Counted from the first letter of the stretch, positions 15,045-27,687 are shown. The stretch is DNA of 64,000 bases from Kondoa subrosea (GCA_039545335.1 BCIN01000001.1:736208-800207), one strand, 5' to 3'. The notes: a model not told the origin generated them from the sequence alone. Numbers and translations: made by a program.

Positions 15045-16810
15045 ATGTCACGCTACAGCAAGGGCTTAGCGGGGTCTCCAAGAAGCTACTTCAGCAACCG
15101 CTTGCCTGCAGAACTACGCAGAGAGATCGTGCTCCTGGCAGCTCTGTCGGAAGCAGACATTGATAAACGTGAGGCGGCACTCTATTTCGCGTAGTAGTAT
15201 CATTTATTTTGGGTCTGTAGCTGGCTGTCAGCTTGCTGCTTTCCCTCGCACTCTTCTTCCTGTCTCGTATCTTGCAAATCTCGTCTCTCTTCGACTTGTT
15301 TGTCGAGAATTTTACCTGATTCTTGCACCTCTGGCTGGACACCTGTTCTTCAATAGCTGGGACCAATTGTATGATGCTTTGAATCGGTCAGAAGCTGGCC
15401 ATCTCTGGGCAATGGTCAAAGAGGTTCATATCACTTTCAAAAAGCGGCATTTTGACCGTCAGAGGAGTATCAAGTCCTTGAAGAAATTGGTAGCACATTG
15501 TCCTCGATTGAAATTGGTCACTATCGTGTCAGATGAAATGGATTGGTCCTCTCCTAGTAAGGCCTGTTGTGACGAGTGCTATTGGGATGACATTTACGAT
15601 TACGACGACGACGACGAGTTTGGAGGAACTGCCATGAGGGAGATGCAGGAAATATTGGAGTCTTCTGAAGTTCAAGTTTGGCAGCAATGGGGACATGGCG
15701 AGCAAGGTTGGGGAACTCAGTCGGATTTGAATTCTGTTGGTAAAGACTTCGACGGCAATCGACTGACCATTTTGGTATTGGATGATACATTGATGGTGTA
15801 CGCCGATGGGAAGTTTTGTGGACTGCGATGCTCCGACCTCAAAAACTGGAAGTCCATCACCAAAGCAGACATTCGCTCTGAGATGAGTGCCAATGAAGAA
15901 CCAGGTGAAGAACCAAGCTGGATCTTATCACAAATGCCAATCAATCTATCTTCTCTAAGGCTCAGCTTGCAAGACCGCAATTTCATGCTTGACAATGCTA
16001 ATTTGTTGCTGCATTGTGTCAATCTAAAATGTTTTACTCTGGTCGTTGATTACGAACCGACTTATTGGTCATCCATCAGTGATATCAATCTGCCGCCATC
16101 ACTTGTCGAATTGCACTACATTTTCAATTATCCCTCGGTTCTGTCAATCTGCGAATTGTGTTGCATCAACCGTTCGATCTCACAGCCAAAGCCTGCCTGG
16201 AATTCATTATCGTTGACCTTGCCTTTTGACTGGTCTGAATACGATTGGGAAGATCAAGAATATCTCGAATCCTGCCTCGAGGATCTCAGATTCGATGAAG
16301 GTTCCTCAGTCATTCCTGAACTTGGGTTACCTGTTGACCTGGTCCTGCTCATGATCGGAGATATGAGCCTGCACGAGTACGAAAAATACTATGGTGAACC
16401 AAGATTTACAACTTGGCTTGAAATGAAAATGCATGTTTGGCAGCTTCTCAAGCGAGATATGCGCAAAAAGGGAGTTAAACTAGAAGTTCATTCTGTGATC
16501 AATCCTTTTGCCTTTGAGGAGGAATATGTGAGTTTACACGATATCTTATCGGAACTCTTTTGATCGAGTCTTGGTGCAGCATCTCATCACCGAATACTTC
16601 GAACCTGCTCGGTTCGATTCACACTACCATCGTCCATCTCTATCAGCTCCATTCAATCGCCCTAGCAGTCGATTTTTGATACAGGTCAGTGTTGTGCCAG
16701 AGCCCGCGCTTTGGACTGACAATTGGCGGTAGTCGAAACTTGACACTTACTTCAAACCTGTTGTTACGGCAAGAACTGAGCTGCGTACAAGCTGCGGCGC
16801 ACGTGCCTGA
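15045..16810 (+). CDS. F-box-like / LRR-like protein, family copy 1
   Basis: N-terminal LPAELRREIVLL F-box-like motif; CPRLKLVTI, NLSSLRLSL, NLKCFTL LRR-like repeats; introns near 15169-15220, 16528-16579 and 16685-16732, shared with paralogs. Confidence 0.75.
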
Positions 16811-16892
16811 GGTGAAAGAATACAAGGATTCAAATTGTACAGATATCCTGCTAGTGATGGTATTCAATGAAGGTATACATCTGTAATTCTAT

Positions 16893-19375
16893 CTACACAG
16901 ACAAGACATTGCCTAACCCTTCTTCCAACGACCCAAACCAAGCAGCTAAATCTTGACAAGTCTTTTCCAACTCCGTATGCACATCACTTGATGAGGCAAG
17001 AGCCATATAATCCAGCGGCCGTATGGGCGGTACAGCAGGAAAGAGTTCTCCATTCGACCAAGGAGCAGCAGATGGCAATGGAGGAGCTAATTTGAGTGAC
17101 GGCTTTGATTCCGCTGAGGGAAGTGGTCCGCCAGATACCTAGTACACTTTGAGCAAGTACCAAAACAGAGGGCTTCTTGACTCACCTTCCTCACGTGAGG
17201 CTTATCGTTAGCATCGGAAGAAGTCGTTCCGCTTCGATTCTTCCTGACTGGATTTCGAACAGCTGGCGGACTCGTTTTTTCGAGCAACTCTTGATGCTGG
17301 CTGCTACTCGATGGTATTGGAGCCACAGCAGTACTTGAGCCAGCGGGTGCTGCGTCTTGCGAAGGTGCTGTGTTGGCTCGACTACGATTGAGAGGTACTG
17401 GATTTCGATCTTCAGGCGCTCTGCCGTAGGACATTGTGGATAGGGAAGGTGAATTAGGAACAGGTTGACCATTTTGAACATCCAATGGGAATCGAGATTC
17501 GGTTGGTGTGATTAAGCTAGGTGAAGAGGGTCGAGAATCAGCTGGCGAAGAAGGTCGACGAAGTGGCATTGTAGGTGCTTCTAGAGAGTGTGAAGGCATG
17601 CCAGAAAGAGAGAAGGATCCATTAGCTCGAGGAAGACCAGGCGCTCGTAGAGTAGAAGGACCGTCCCGTTGCGGAAGCGAATCTTGTCGCTTTCGAGCTG
17701 TACGAAGGAAAGGCTCATCGTCTGCGTCGTCATCCGGAAAATTGGGTATGACGACCTGAGCTTGCGGAGAAGATTGACGCATATCCATAGAGGAGGAAGG
17801 TAAACCTAATCCATATGCGTTTACGGCTGCTGTAGCTGAAACGTTTTCGTCTTCGAAGAGGCGCATGAGAGGATGGTTTCTTGACGATGCCAGGCTATTT
17901 GGTGGCCGTTTTGTAGCGTCTAGAGAAATCTCAGCTGATATGTACAGCGGTATCGACAAAACTCACAATCCAGATCAGTTCCTAAGCCGGAGCCTGTGTA
18001 GTCATCTGATGGCACAGGAGACTGCTCAAAACAATATAAGTCATACTTTGCAGCAATCGACTGGAAAACAGACCCAATCCCAACTACTATCAGACCCAAA
18101 CTCTCGCGAATCATCGGTACTGTATGATATTAGCATGACTCAGACTTCCTGATGCTAAAGCTCACCTTGGTGAATCCAGTCCAAGGATAGACTGCCTAAC
18201 ATTTCCGCTGTTGATCCAGTTGCCATATCGCGCAATGAGCTCGCGCAGATTGACGACCGGAATCTTAGCATGAGCGCGGATCCACCTAGTCTTGAGAAGA
18301 TCTTCTGCAGACATTCGCTACAGCCGTATCTATCAGGCCACTCATCTAAGTTATATCTTAAAGATCTCACTTCTGCTGGATTTTCCGTCAAGCAAGAAGC
18401 CAGAAACTCTCGCATAACCGCTGACCAAGGTTCATTGGGATCAAGTTTGGCAGGAGGATTTCTCGGAATCATTTGAATAGCTCTCAGTGGTTCGTAATTG
18501 TGGAAAGGTGGATTGCCAGTAGCGCATTCGTAGCAAGTCACACCTAAAGACCAAATATCTGCTTTAGTGTCGTACATCTTGCTGTCGTCGATGACTTCAG
18601 GCGCCATCCAATAAGGTGTGCCGATGAAGGTCGATCGCTTGTTTTGAGTTTGCAATGTTGCTGCTACACCGAAATCGCAAAGCATGATTTTCCCCGTCTG
18701 AGTTAGAAGAATATTGGCAGCTGTAATACAAGAAGATCAGCATAAAGGTGACGATAACAACGAAGAAGAAAACTCGCCTTTAATATCTCGATGAATGATG
18801 CCTTGTCGATGCAGATAGGCCAAAGCGACCAGAGTCTCACGCATGATGAGCGCGACAAACTTCTCTTCTATCTTGCAAGACTTCATCTGCTCAAGTAAAT
18901 GAGCTCTCCTTCACTCATCTTGGCTTGAGAAGACGACGAACAATGGTTCGAATGCTACCTCCAGAGGCAAAGTCCATAGCGATCCAAAGCTGAGTCTTGT
19001 AAAGCCAGCATCCATGGTAAGCTGTACAGTTGTTCTTGTCTGCTTCTCGCAACTGGGACAGTAAAGCAACTTCTCGTTGAAGTTCGGTCAGATCATCGTC
19101 TGGTGTATCCATTTCGATGATCTTGAGAGCGACGACAGTCCCAGTAGCATTGTGTAGTCTGGAGAGACTAGTATCGGACAAGAGACTCCCTGATTCAGGA
19201 AGGTAGGCAGCTCACGCTCGATAGACCGATCCATATGCACCTGTTTCATTCAGATTGTCAACAAGAATCTTTCACGCGTCAAGACAGCAGATCCCAAACC
19301 TTTGCCTACTGCTTCAGCTCTAGTAAAAAGGGAGGTGACGGGCAGGGTGAGCTCCCTAGGGCTGATGATGGTCAT
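16893..19375 (-). CDS. Ste20/GCK-family Ser/Thr kinase (Kic1/Nak1-like)
   Basis: GKGAYGSVY, VALKII, HRDIKAANIL, DFG, GTPYWMAPEVI; C-terminal IRPLDY..ELEKTCQDLAAWF coiled segment. Confidence 0.9.
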
Positions 19376-19503
19376 GAGCGAAAGACTCGTTGTCGAAATC
19401 ACTTTGATGGATAGGCGACTCTCGGGCTCAATGTCATATGTTATGTTACATGCATGAATGCCAGTTTACATCGATCTGAGTTCAAAGGAATTATAATGTA
19501 CTG

Positions 19504-21435
19504 TTATGCCAATACCCACTTTCGATAGTTTGATGTAGCAATTAGGATTCGCAGCTGTACACATTCCATCGGATCAGCGTATAGTCAGATCACATCTATA
19601 CCAAACTCACGAAAGCTTCGTCTCTTCTTCTCACTTGATAAAATTGTCGAAGCTGTCGTCGATCGCCTTCAGAACGTGCAATGCGTTAAAAGAAAGGATG
19701 AACTCACTGTCCCATCCTCCAGAACCAGCTCAAGTCCATCTCCGATACCTTGCAACCCCAATCCTTCGGCAGCTTGCCAAGCTTGAATCTTCTTACAAGC
19801 CGTGATCAATTTCATCTCGACAGAAGCATAAGGTGCTGGAGGTTCATGTCGTTTGATATGAATACCACGAAAGAAATGAATATGATCAGAAGTGATAGAA
19901 AGGTTGCCTTTTCCTCCTTCAAAATTCGCAAAACAAGCTTCAAAAACAAAAATCATATCGGCCTTTTGTAATTCAGCTGCAACCTTTTGATGGAAACTTA
20001 CTGAATGATCCTAAAGTTTCTTCTAAAGGTAAACTGTCCCCTCGAACTACACTTCTCAAAGCAGAGAACGAAATCGCTTTTTGACCAGTAGCCATCTCGC
20101 TCGATTTCTCTGCCAAATCTACTGCAGTCTTGAAAAAGCCAGTGAGTTTCGCTGTTCTCGTAGTTGGTGCCGGCGTAGGCACAGTAGTTGAACTACCATC
20201 GACCGATTCTACTGCTGCTTTTGGTTCAGGAATGCTAGAGAGCAGAGCTGGGTTCTCTTGAATCTGCGAGAAGATGAGTTGGGCGTTAGTCGGTATACCA
20301 AGGTAGAGGGAACGTTGAAGATTTAGATATTTGGCCAGATCAGGGTTAGAACATGCGAGTGGATAACCGCCAAAAAGGCCAAGTCCGATCAAAGCAGAGG
20401 TACATCGAGCTAAAACATGAGCTGAAGTGAAGAAGAACAAAATGCTGCATAATGCGAAAACGGCTGCGAAACGAAATCTTGGTGCGCTGGAAACGCTTGA
20501 CGAGAAAAGGCTAGATTTTACATCAGCATGTCGACACAACCACCGTTAAAGAGCGAGTTACTTCTGACCACGCTCATGCACATCCGCTATCGTGCCTGTG
20601 ATGACCTGAATGGGTTGACCGTGTCTTCTGATTCGATCTGTCCAACGAGCTCGCAATCCCAAAGGAGTCTTGATCGGTGCGGACATTGTCTGAAGGACAC
20701 TAGCAGCGAAAGAAGGAGCTCGTTCCAAAGTTGGACTTTGACTCAAAAGATCTTCAGAGCGCGAGACTTCGGCAGTAAGAGAATTATCGAGCATTGAGTC
20801 GACCTCATCCGCCAACATAGCTGCGTCTCTCTCTATTTGCCTTTCGTCGAAGCCTTTATGAGACACTTTGAAGGTGCCAAAGATAGGTGCAGCGAAGAAA
20901 GACGGCGAGACCAAATAGAGAGCGAAGAAGGCAAGAATTGCAGGAAGGATGACATTGAAGTACCAGACAGTGAAGTAGAGCTGAAGGAGGGAACGTCAGC
21001 ATCTTAGCTAAGGTGCTATAATATTGCACATTGAAAGGCATTCACAAGAGCCCAAGAAAGAGAAAGCGTTCTGTCTTGCCACGTTGCGACTTTGATCAGA
21101 GCTTTACCGAACGGAACCCAAGTCACAGCTACTCCAGTATAAAGACGAGCTACATTGTGCTGCAAAACACTTGAAACCATTGCTTCTGTTGGCGAAGGCG
21201 AGAGGTTATCTGGAGCAGCCAGTCGGCCATACATCTTGCTAGTCTTGGGTACATCATCCTCCCAGATCTTCACAGAAACGACCCGCTATGCATGACGTGC
21301 ATGTCAATTCGAAGCTGACATTGGCAAGCTCTAGGCAGCAAGCACCTTTGACAGTAGAAGAGTCTTATCCTTCTCAGGCATTGCTTGGATAGGTCTCGCA
21401 GGCAGCGCAGGCGGGACTATTGGAGCTTCTGACAT
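19504..21435 (-). CDS. DUF3292-like fungal membrane protein with C-terminal PH/GRAM-like region
   Basis: NVARLYTG..VATWQDRT, GIPTNAQL, DGLELV..RRDEAF resemble DUF3292 proteins (from memory, not a search); start could instead be Met at 21381. Confidence 0.6.
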
Positions 21436-21478
21436 CGTTGAGATTCGAGAAGAATATTATGCACACCTCTCTTTTGAC

Positions 21479-22029
21479 ATGCCTCGACCGCCTTCGGGAT
21501 TACAGCGAGATGTGTTCCATCTGTACAAGGACTTCCTGTAAGCTTTCTCAGCGCTACAGCTAAAAAGCGAGCTGACAATCCACGCAGACGATTGATTCGA
21601 ACGAAACCTGAAGTGTGTGACTTGGAATCTACACAAGATCGATGCTGATGATCGGGTAGACTGCAAGACCAGGATGGTATCAATATGTACGACATCAATT
21701 CAGAGTCAAAGGATCGCAATTGGGCAAGAGAGATGTAGCAGCCATGTCAGTCTCCGGACACTTCTGAAGGATCTACAGTACTGATATATTCCCTTCAGTG
21801 AATATAGTATACGTGTAAGCGTGTTTTGTGCATTTTATGCTTCTAATGTACAAACGAATTTAATGTGAAATGTTTTCAGCAAGGGAAGAAAATGCTTGAA
21901 GTCTATAATTCACCCAACATTAAGACGATGGCGCAATCGGACCATGAACCGTATCCTTTGGGATGGGCCGCACAACCCGATCGAATAATACCGCCGAAAA
22001 TTAGAATAACTTTAGACAACAACCTTTGA
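21479..22029 (+). CDS. SDH6: LYR-family succinate dehydrogenase assembly factor (SDHAF1/Sdh6)
   Basis: Spliced MPRPPSGLQRDVFHLYKDFLRLIRTKPE..VRHQFR..DVAAIEYSIRQGKKMLEVYNSPNIK; five exons. Confidence 0.85.
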
Positions 22030-24521
22030 ACAGACGTGCTTGGTTCCGCCGCCCATGCGACATTGGCGGGAGCAGTAGCTTTGTTGACATTTAGTACATG
22101 TGGCTGTAACGCAAAGTGTGAATAGGTTAGTTTAATGATCATCATCTTGGTTCAGGTAGAAGACTAACGGAAATTCAATCCTTTCTTACTGCAGAAAGCA
22201 CAACGAGATTTTGCATTGATAACACTATTCGCTTCCAATGCTGAAAGAGTCGGATCCAATTTCCCATTGTGCTTGACATAAGATTGCTTGAATGAGAGAG
22301 GTTGATCTTTGACACTACTTGGGAAGATCTTGTGCTTGGAAAGACTATCTTGATGGTAGCTTGATCGAACCGTACTGATAGGTGTGGGAGCTTGCACAGT
22401 AACTTGAGGTACTTTTCCCTCTTCTTCTTCTCCATCTTCTCCACTACTTCTACCATCATCTTGCTCAACTTCCTCCTCCTCAATAGCCCAAGAAGCTTCC
22501 GCATCCTTTTGCAACACTTCTTCCAAAGCTTTCACAGCTTTGTTACCTCCTGAACCTTCATGACTCCCGCTCAAACTCGCATAAGACAAAACATTCTTCA
22601 AAGCAGAACCAGCTTGCAAAGCCATTATCTTTGCTCTCCAACTTTGTTTCATCTCTCCACCTTTGTACAAATCGCTCAAGCTAACGTAAGAGGAAGAGCG
22701 AGAAGGTGTATGACCTGACCAAAGGGAAGATAAAGAAGTAGTGGATGCTCGAGTGTGATAGTTGGATGAGGGGATTCCGACTGCCTCAATTGAAACTTGG
22801 GTGGTGATACTTGCTGATCGCATTCGAGTAAGCTGAGGTGAACGGAAAGAGTTGATGGATCTGATAGATTGGGTTCGAGTACGAGGGGTTGCGCGAACAG
22901 CTGATGTAGGCTTTTCGGCAGATGGAACAGAAGTAGGAGAGTCCACTTCGATAGTAAACTTTGGTTCTGGACGTGGTTTCAGAGGTGTGGAAGGCGCTAT
23001 ATCCGGTGAAGAAGGATTCGATGGCACTGAGAACTTGCGATCGAGTACAGGTTTGCGAGGTGAATGCCGGACATTTTCTGCCACCTGATAGCTGTGAACA
23101 TGCAAAGCCGGTGGTCTGATGTGCTGTAAAACATTGACGACAGGCGATACTTTTGGTGCGAGAAGAGGAGTGTCGAGCAATTCTGTTGGCGAAAGAAGTG
23201 GTTCCCAAGGTGCTCTCGGTGTAACACGACCATGATCAGACTTGACAGAATGGAATCGATGATAATTTCGTTGTTTCGTTAACTTGTTCATGTCGTCCTC
23301 TCTCTCTTTAGCGATCCGAATCATGTCGACTCGATATTTAGCCTTTTGAATGAGATCTTCAGCTGGTCGAGATGTACCAATACCACCAGGTAAAGATTGA
23401 ATAGCGATGGCTTTCTGCCACCATTCCACTGCTTCTGTGTGATCTGCTGGTTCAGCTCGACCATGATGACCAGAAGGGTAGCTGGTTAGAGCAAGAAGAT
23501 AGCAAAGAGAAATGTAGATGCCTCGAGTTAAAGTTTCATTGCTGTCCAGAGATGCAGCTCTTTTTGGTTGCGATAAAGTTTCAGCAGAAGGTGCTTTGCG
23601 AAGTGTTCGAAACGCAGGATGTTTGGTGAGTTGATACGCAACTCTCGACCCTTTGCAATATCTGATACTGAACATCAGCGCTGGCCAAGCCTCCGTGCAT
23701 ATAGCGACTTACAAATCTTCACCCTTGTCTTTACTATCGTGCGAGGTAGATTCATTTGCAGCTGTAAGCTTGCCGATTCGATAGAGTGAAGTCAGAGCAA
23801 ATGATAGATCTGAAAGAGTTTCGAGATTGATCTCCTTCCTCTCTGCGGAGTCGGCATTAGAAGGAGTCGAAGCAGAAGAAGAGGTTGATGAATCATCGGA
23901 TTCATTCATTCCACCAATACCTTCATCCGAATCATGCGAGCCTGCATTAGGCTTAGGTGTACTGGGACGAAGAGTTGTTCCCGCTTCAATTTCAAGACCC
24001 TTGATGTACCATTCTGCAGCTTGCCTATAATCTGATGAGATGCATATATTCGAGACACCTTTCTTCTGTGACGATGATGCAGCGTGCGAATGATTGTGAG
24101 AACCTGGGACTTTGGGATTGTGAAGACCAGTAGAAAACAGATGACCCAAACTGAGACAAGCTGCTGAAGAACCTAAGTGGGAAGCTTTCTTGAATTGAGA
24201 CAAGGCATTTGCATAGCGATGCTGTATCAGAGCATTCTGTATAGAAAGAAAGAAAGATTCTAGTTTAAATATTGCAAGCCCATGTGCGTCCAATCTTATA
24301 CTAACCTGGGCCATCCATAAGAGCTCCTCTACATCTCCCTCGTCCTCTACATCAGTGTCCTCGTCTGTTGTCTCATCTTCTGATTGCTTATCTGAGGCAG
24401 CAGAAGTAGCGGATACTTGTTCGGTGGATGTTTTCATGAACTCGAAGGGATTCAGCTTGTTGAGCCATGTAGAAGGAGAGGCAGGGGGTACAGGAGAATG
24501 CAAGTCATTGTAAGGTGGCAT
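22012..24521 (-). CDS. Sel1-like repeat protein with disordered middle and C-terminal MYND-type zinc finger
   Basis: KASHLGSSAACLSLGHLF, AAEWYIKG, AVEWWQKA (Sel1-like); spliced C-terminus CAFC..CTKCQQSYCSRQC..HVC. Confidence 0.75.
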
Positions 24522-25166
24522 GCGGCCTGCTCACTTGGCAGGAGTGGGTGTTGGCTGTCTCAGAGATAGAGACGTCGGCGGAAGTTGTCAAACTCAAACG
24601 GATAGTCGGGAAGACCTGATAACTGTCAGTCTATGCAAGGTACTGAATGACTATTTCCGTCGGCCTTGTGAACAATTGTAATCGAATCCAATGATCGCGC
24701 TTCAGGCGGAAATTGCAAAGAGTGATTAGCTAGATTCTGACCTTTGTGCCCTGCATATTGCATCACTGAGTACCGGAGAGATTGAAGTATCAGAGACCTA
24801 CGAGGTTCGGATGGCTTCAATAGAACATGCCGAGTTAGTGTTAAGAAGATCAAATCAGAAGCACGGATGCATAACTTAGCACCAAGGACAGCGATACAGG
24901 TGGGAACATGAAAAGAATCGTGCAGTGACTCGCAAAAGAACAAGCACTTCATGAGTAAAGGTACCGTACCAGGTGACAGAAGAAGAGCAATGACGAAAGC
25001 AGATAAAACGAGTACACTTAGACACACCTAGAATGCAGGAGAGCGATACAACGACCAATAAATACGCCTATACACATGGGAAAGCAATGTCCTAGGCAGT
25101 AAGAAATTAGCGATGATCTAAGCAAGAACAACCTGAGCACACCTTGAGCCATCATTCCAAGGACTT

Positions 25167-25515
25167 CTACATTGTATGCACTATCTGATCTGCTTCAACA
25201 TATTTGATGCCTATTGTAGAGATTCAGTCAATGCGCGATCGACCAGAGTTATGAGCACAAACCTGGAACATCACCATCTAGTTCTGCTTGCCATGCCTCT
25301 GCTGTCTTCACCACAGCGGTTGGTGCACTTTCGAATGATAGACCCTTGAAAGAGCCAAAGGCGTACTCATTGAGTATTGTAGCATCTTTGGCTAGAAGGG
25401 CTGTTTTGAGTTGTTCCAAGTCTCCCTCAGCTTGCAATGTAACGATATAGCGCTGCGCCATGCTGGCTTGTATGAAGAAACAGGCGGGGAGAGCGAAGAG
25501 AGCTGTGAATTGCAT
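25167..25515 (-). CDS. Small secreted peptidase inhibitor I9 (subtilisin propeptide-like) protein
   Basis: Signal peptide, RYIVTL, ILNEY..FKGLSF, second exon GIKYVEADQIVHTM*. Confidence 0.8.
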
Positions 25516-25605
25516 GCGGTGCTCGTTTGCTGAAGATTGCAAGTTGTAACGTTGTTTTCGCACGGTAACTCCTAAACCTCGCTCACAGCCTCTCACAGCG
25601 CTGCG

Positions 25606-26924
25606 ATGCTAGAACAGCTCTATGAATGGACTGTCTACTTCTCTGGCGGTCCTGAGACTCGCGACAGCTTTCCAGCAGAGCTCTCCGATGCTGAATTGAT
25701 GCAACTCTTGGCTGAGCTGCCTGCAACAGCTCTGCGATCTGAGTCTTTCCATGGTCTGAGATTGATTGGTATTCCTGCAAGAGATGGAACTTGCGTTATA
25801 GTATTGCAGCAGGAGGAGAAATCAACACCATCATCCGGATACAACTTCTTTCGTTCGGGCTGTTCTTTGAGCCATATGGCGACTGGTAAGGTCGATTATT
25901 ACGAGTTGCAACCGGAGGCGGTCTCTCTATCTAAATTACCATCCTATCTTTGCATGTCTGCACCTGCACGGTTCATGAATGGCATTACCGTCCTGCTTTT
26001 ATTGGCTTCTGAGGCGACTTCCACTCCTCACTCTGGCTTGAAGTGTCAAGTCCTTCGGAAGTCAGCTCACAAAATACCTCTGCGCGTTTGGACTTCAGAT
26101 CTAGACACTACTTCAGGTGATTGCGCTAGCACAACGGAAGTCGTCTGGGCTGACTATGTGTTAGCTTATCTCCAATCGTATTCACCAAACGATGTGGTCT
26201 TCTTGTTTTCAAATGACGAAGGTCAAACTAGACAGCTCTGGGCAAACAGTTCGATCTTGGCACAACGTTCAGAATACTTTGCTGCTATGTTCTCCTTCTC
26301 AACTCCTTCAATCACATCTCCATCCAGTACTGGCGGTAAAATTACTGAAGATGATGCTGATACGACCAGGGAAGATACTGTCTCGCCAGAAGATCATGAA
26401 CAGCTGGTTCGCAAGCAAATTTCTACTGCCGAAGCAAGTAAAGCAAGCGATGTTCATGTTATTCGTATCAGTAATCACAATTACCTTACGCACAAAGCTT
26501 TATTGCTTTATGTCTACTCTGGCGAACCAATCTTTTATGCTCCTTTGAAATCGTTAGAACTGGAGAATGATGCGGGCTTGAAAGAGGAGAGACCTTCACC
26601 TCGCGCGGTTTATCGCTTAGCTCAGTATGTTCTCTTCAAGTCAAATCTCCTGCCATACTGCTTTACTCATTAGAATCCGCAGTGAATTGAATCTTGTTAA
26701 TCTTCAGCAACATGCGCTGAAGAATATCATGCAGCAGATAACAGTCAAGAACGCTCGAGCAGAACTCTTTGATGAATTTGCTGCAACATATACGGAGGTC
26801 AGTGATTTGCTTTTTAGTCCAATGACGCTTGCTTACTTGTTTCGATTAGGTTCAGGATGCGCTGTTAAAGTGGACTGCTGAAAATTGGGCAGCACTCGAG
26901 GCTGATAAGAAGGCTGCTGCATGA
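25606..26924 (+). CDS. BTB/POZ domain protein
   Basis: NDVVFLF..LWANSSILAQRSEYFAAMF, HKALLLYVYSG, SPRAVYRLA. Confidence 0.85.
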
Positions 26925-27128
26925 TCTCGCTGTTTGCGTTATTGAATATGAGCTCCTCAGTGAGATTGAAGCCACAGAGCTGCACAGTCTTCTAGTACAA
27001 TATCTCTGTGAAGACGAAGTATACTAATAAGCCGTTACGCACCCATTACCGTAAGACCGCGAGATACTACACATTTCGAGATCCTGCAACACACAGCTTC
27101 TTCTCAATCACCAATATCCGAGTTCACT

Positions 27129-27687
27129 ATGGGCAAATCAGGTAATCCTCGAGCTTACGATAAGCTCTACATGATCTGACGACTCCCTCTAGCCAAGATG
27201 ATGAAGCGGCCGACGAAAAACGAAGTCTGTCTCAAACTTGTTTCCCTCTGTGTCCATGCTTATTCTGTCTTCATGTGTACAGAAAATGGGTCTAGCTAAA
27301 CTCAAGAACTCTTCCTCTTCTTCTATCCCTTCCAAAGCCTCCAAACCACTATCAACAAAAAAGCCAACCAAACGAAAACGAGGTCATTCACTTTCTCCTG
27401 TACCTGGTGATGAATCTATGGATATTTCTGCTATGCAAGAAGCTAAATTAGCCCTACAAGATTCTATAGCTTTAGCAAAAGAAGAGAAACTTATGGAATT
27501 GGATGAACAACCTGTATTACCGAGCAAGATGAAGGGAGATCATGAAACTGGAGCGGATATCAATAAGAAAGGAAGGTTGATTGATAAAGATGGGAAAGAG
27601 GTGGACTATTTGAAAATGTACGAGAAGGGCCAAGGTTCCTATGCGAAAGGAAAGAAAGCGAAGAAGAATATGAAGAAGTCTTCATAA
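27129..27687 (+). CDS. Small basic hypothetical protein (possibly nucleolar)
   Basis: Spliced MGKSAKMMKRPTKNEKMGLAK...DYLKMYEK..KKAKKNMKKSS; two short 5' introns. Confidence 0.65.
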
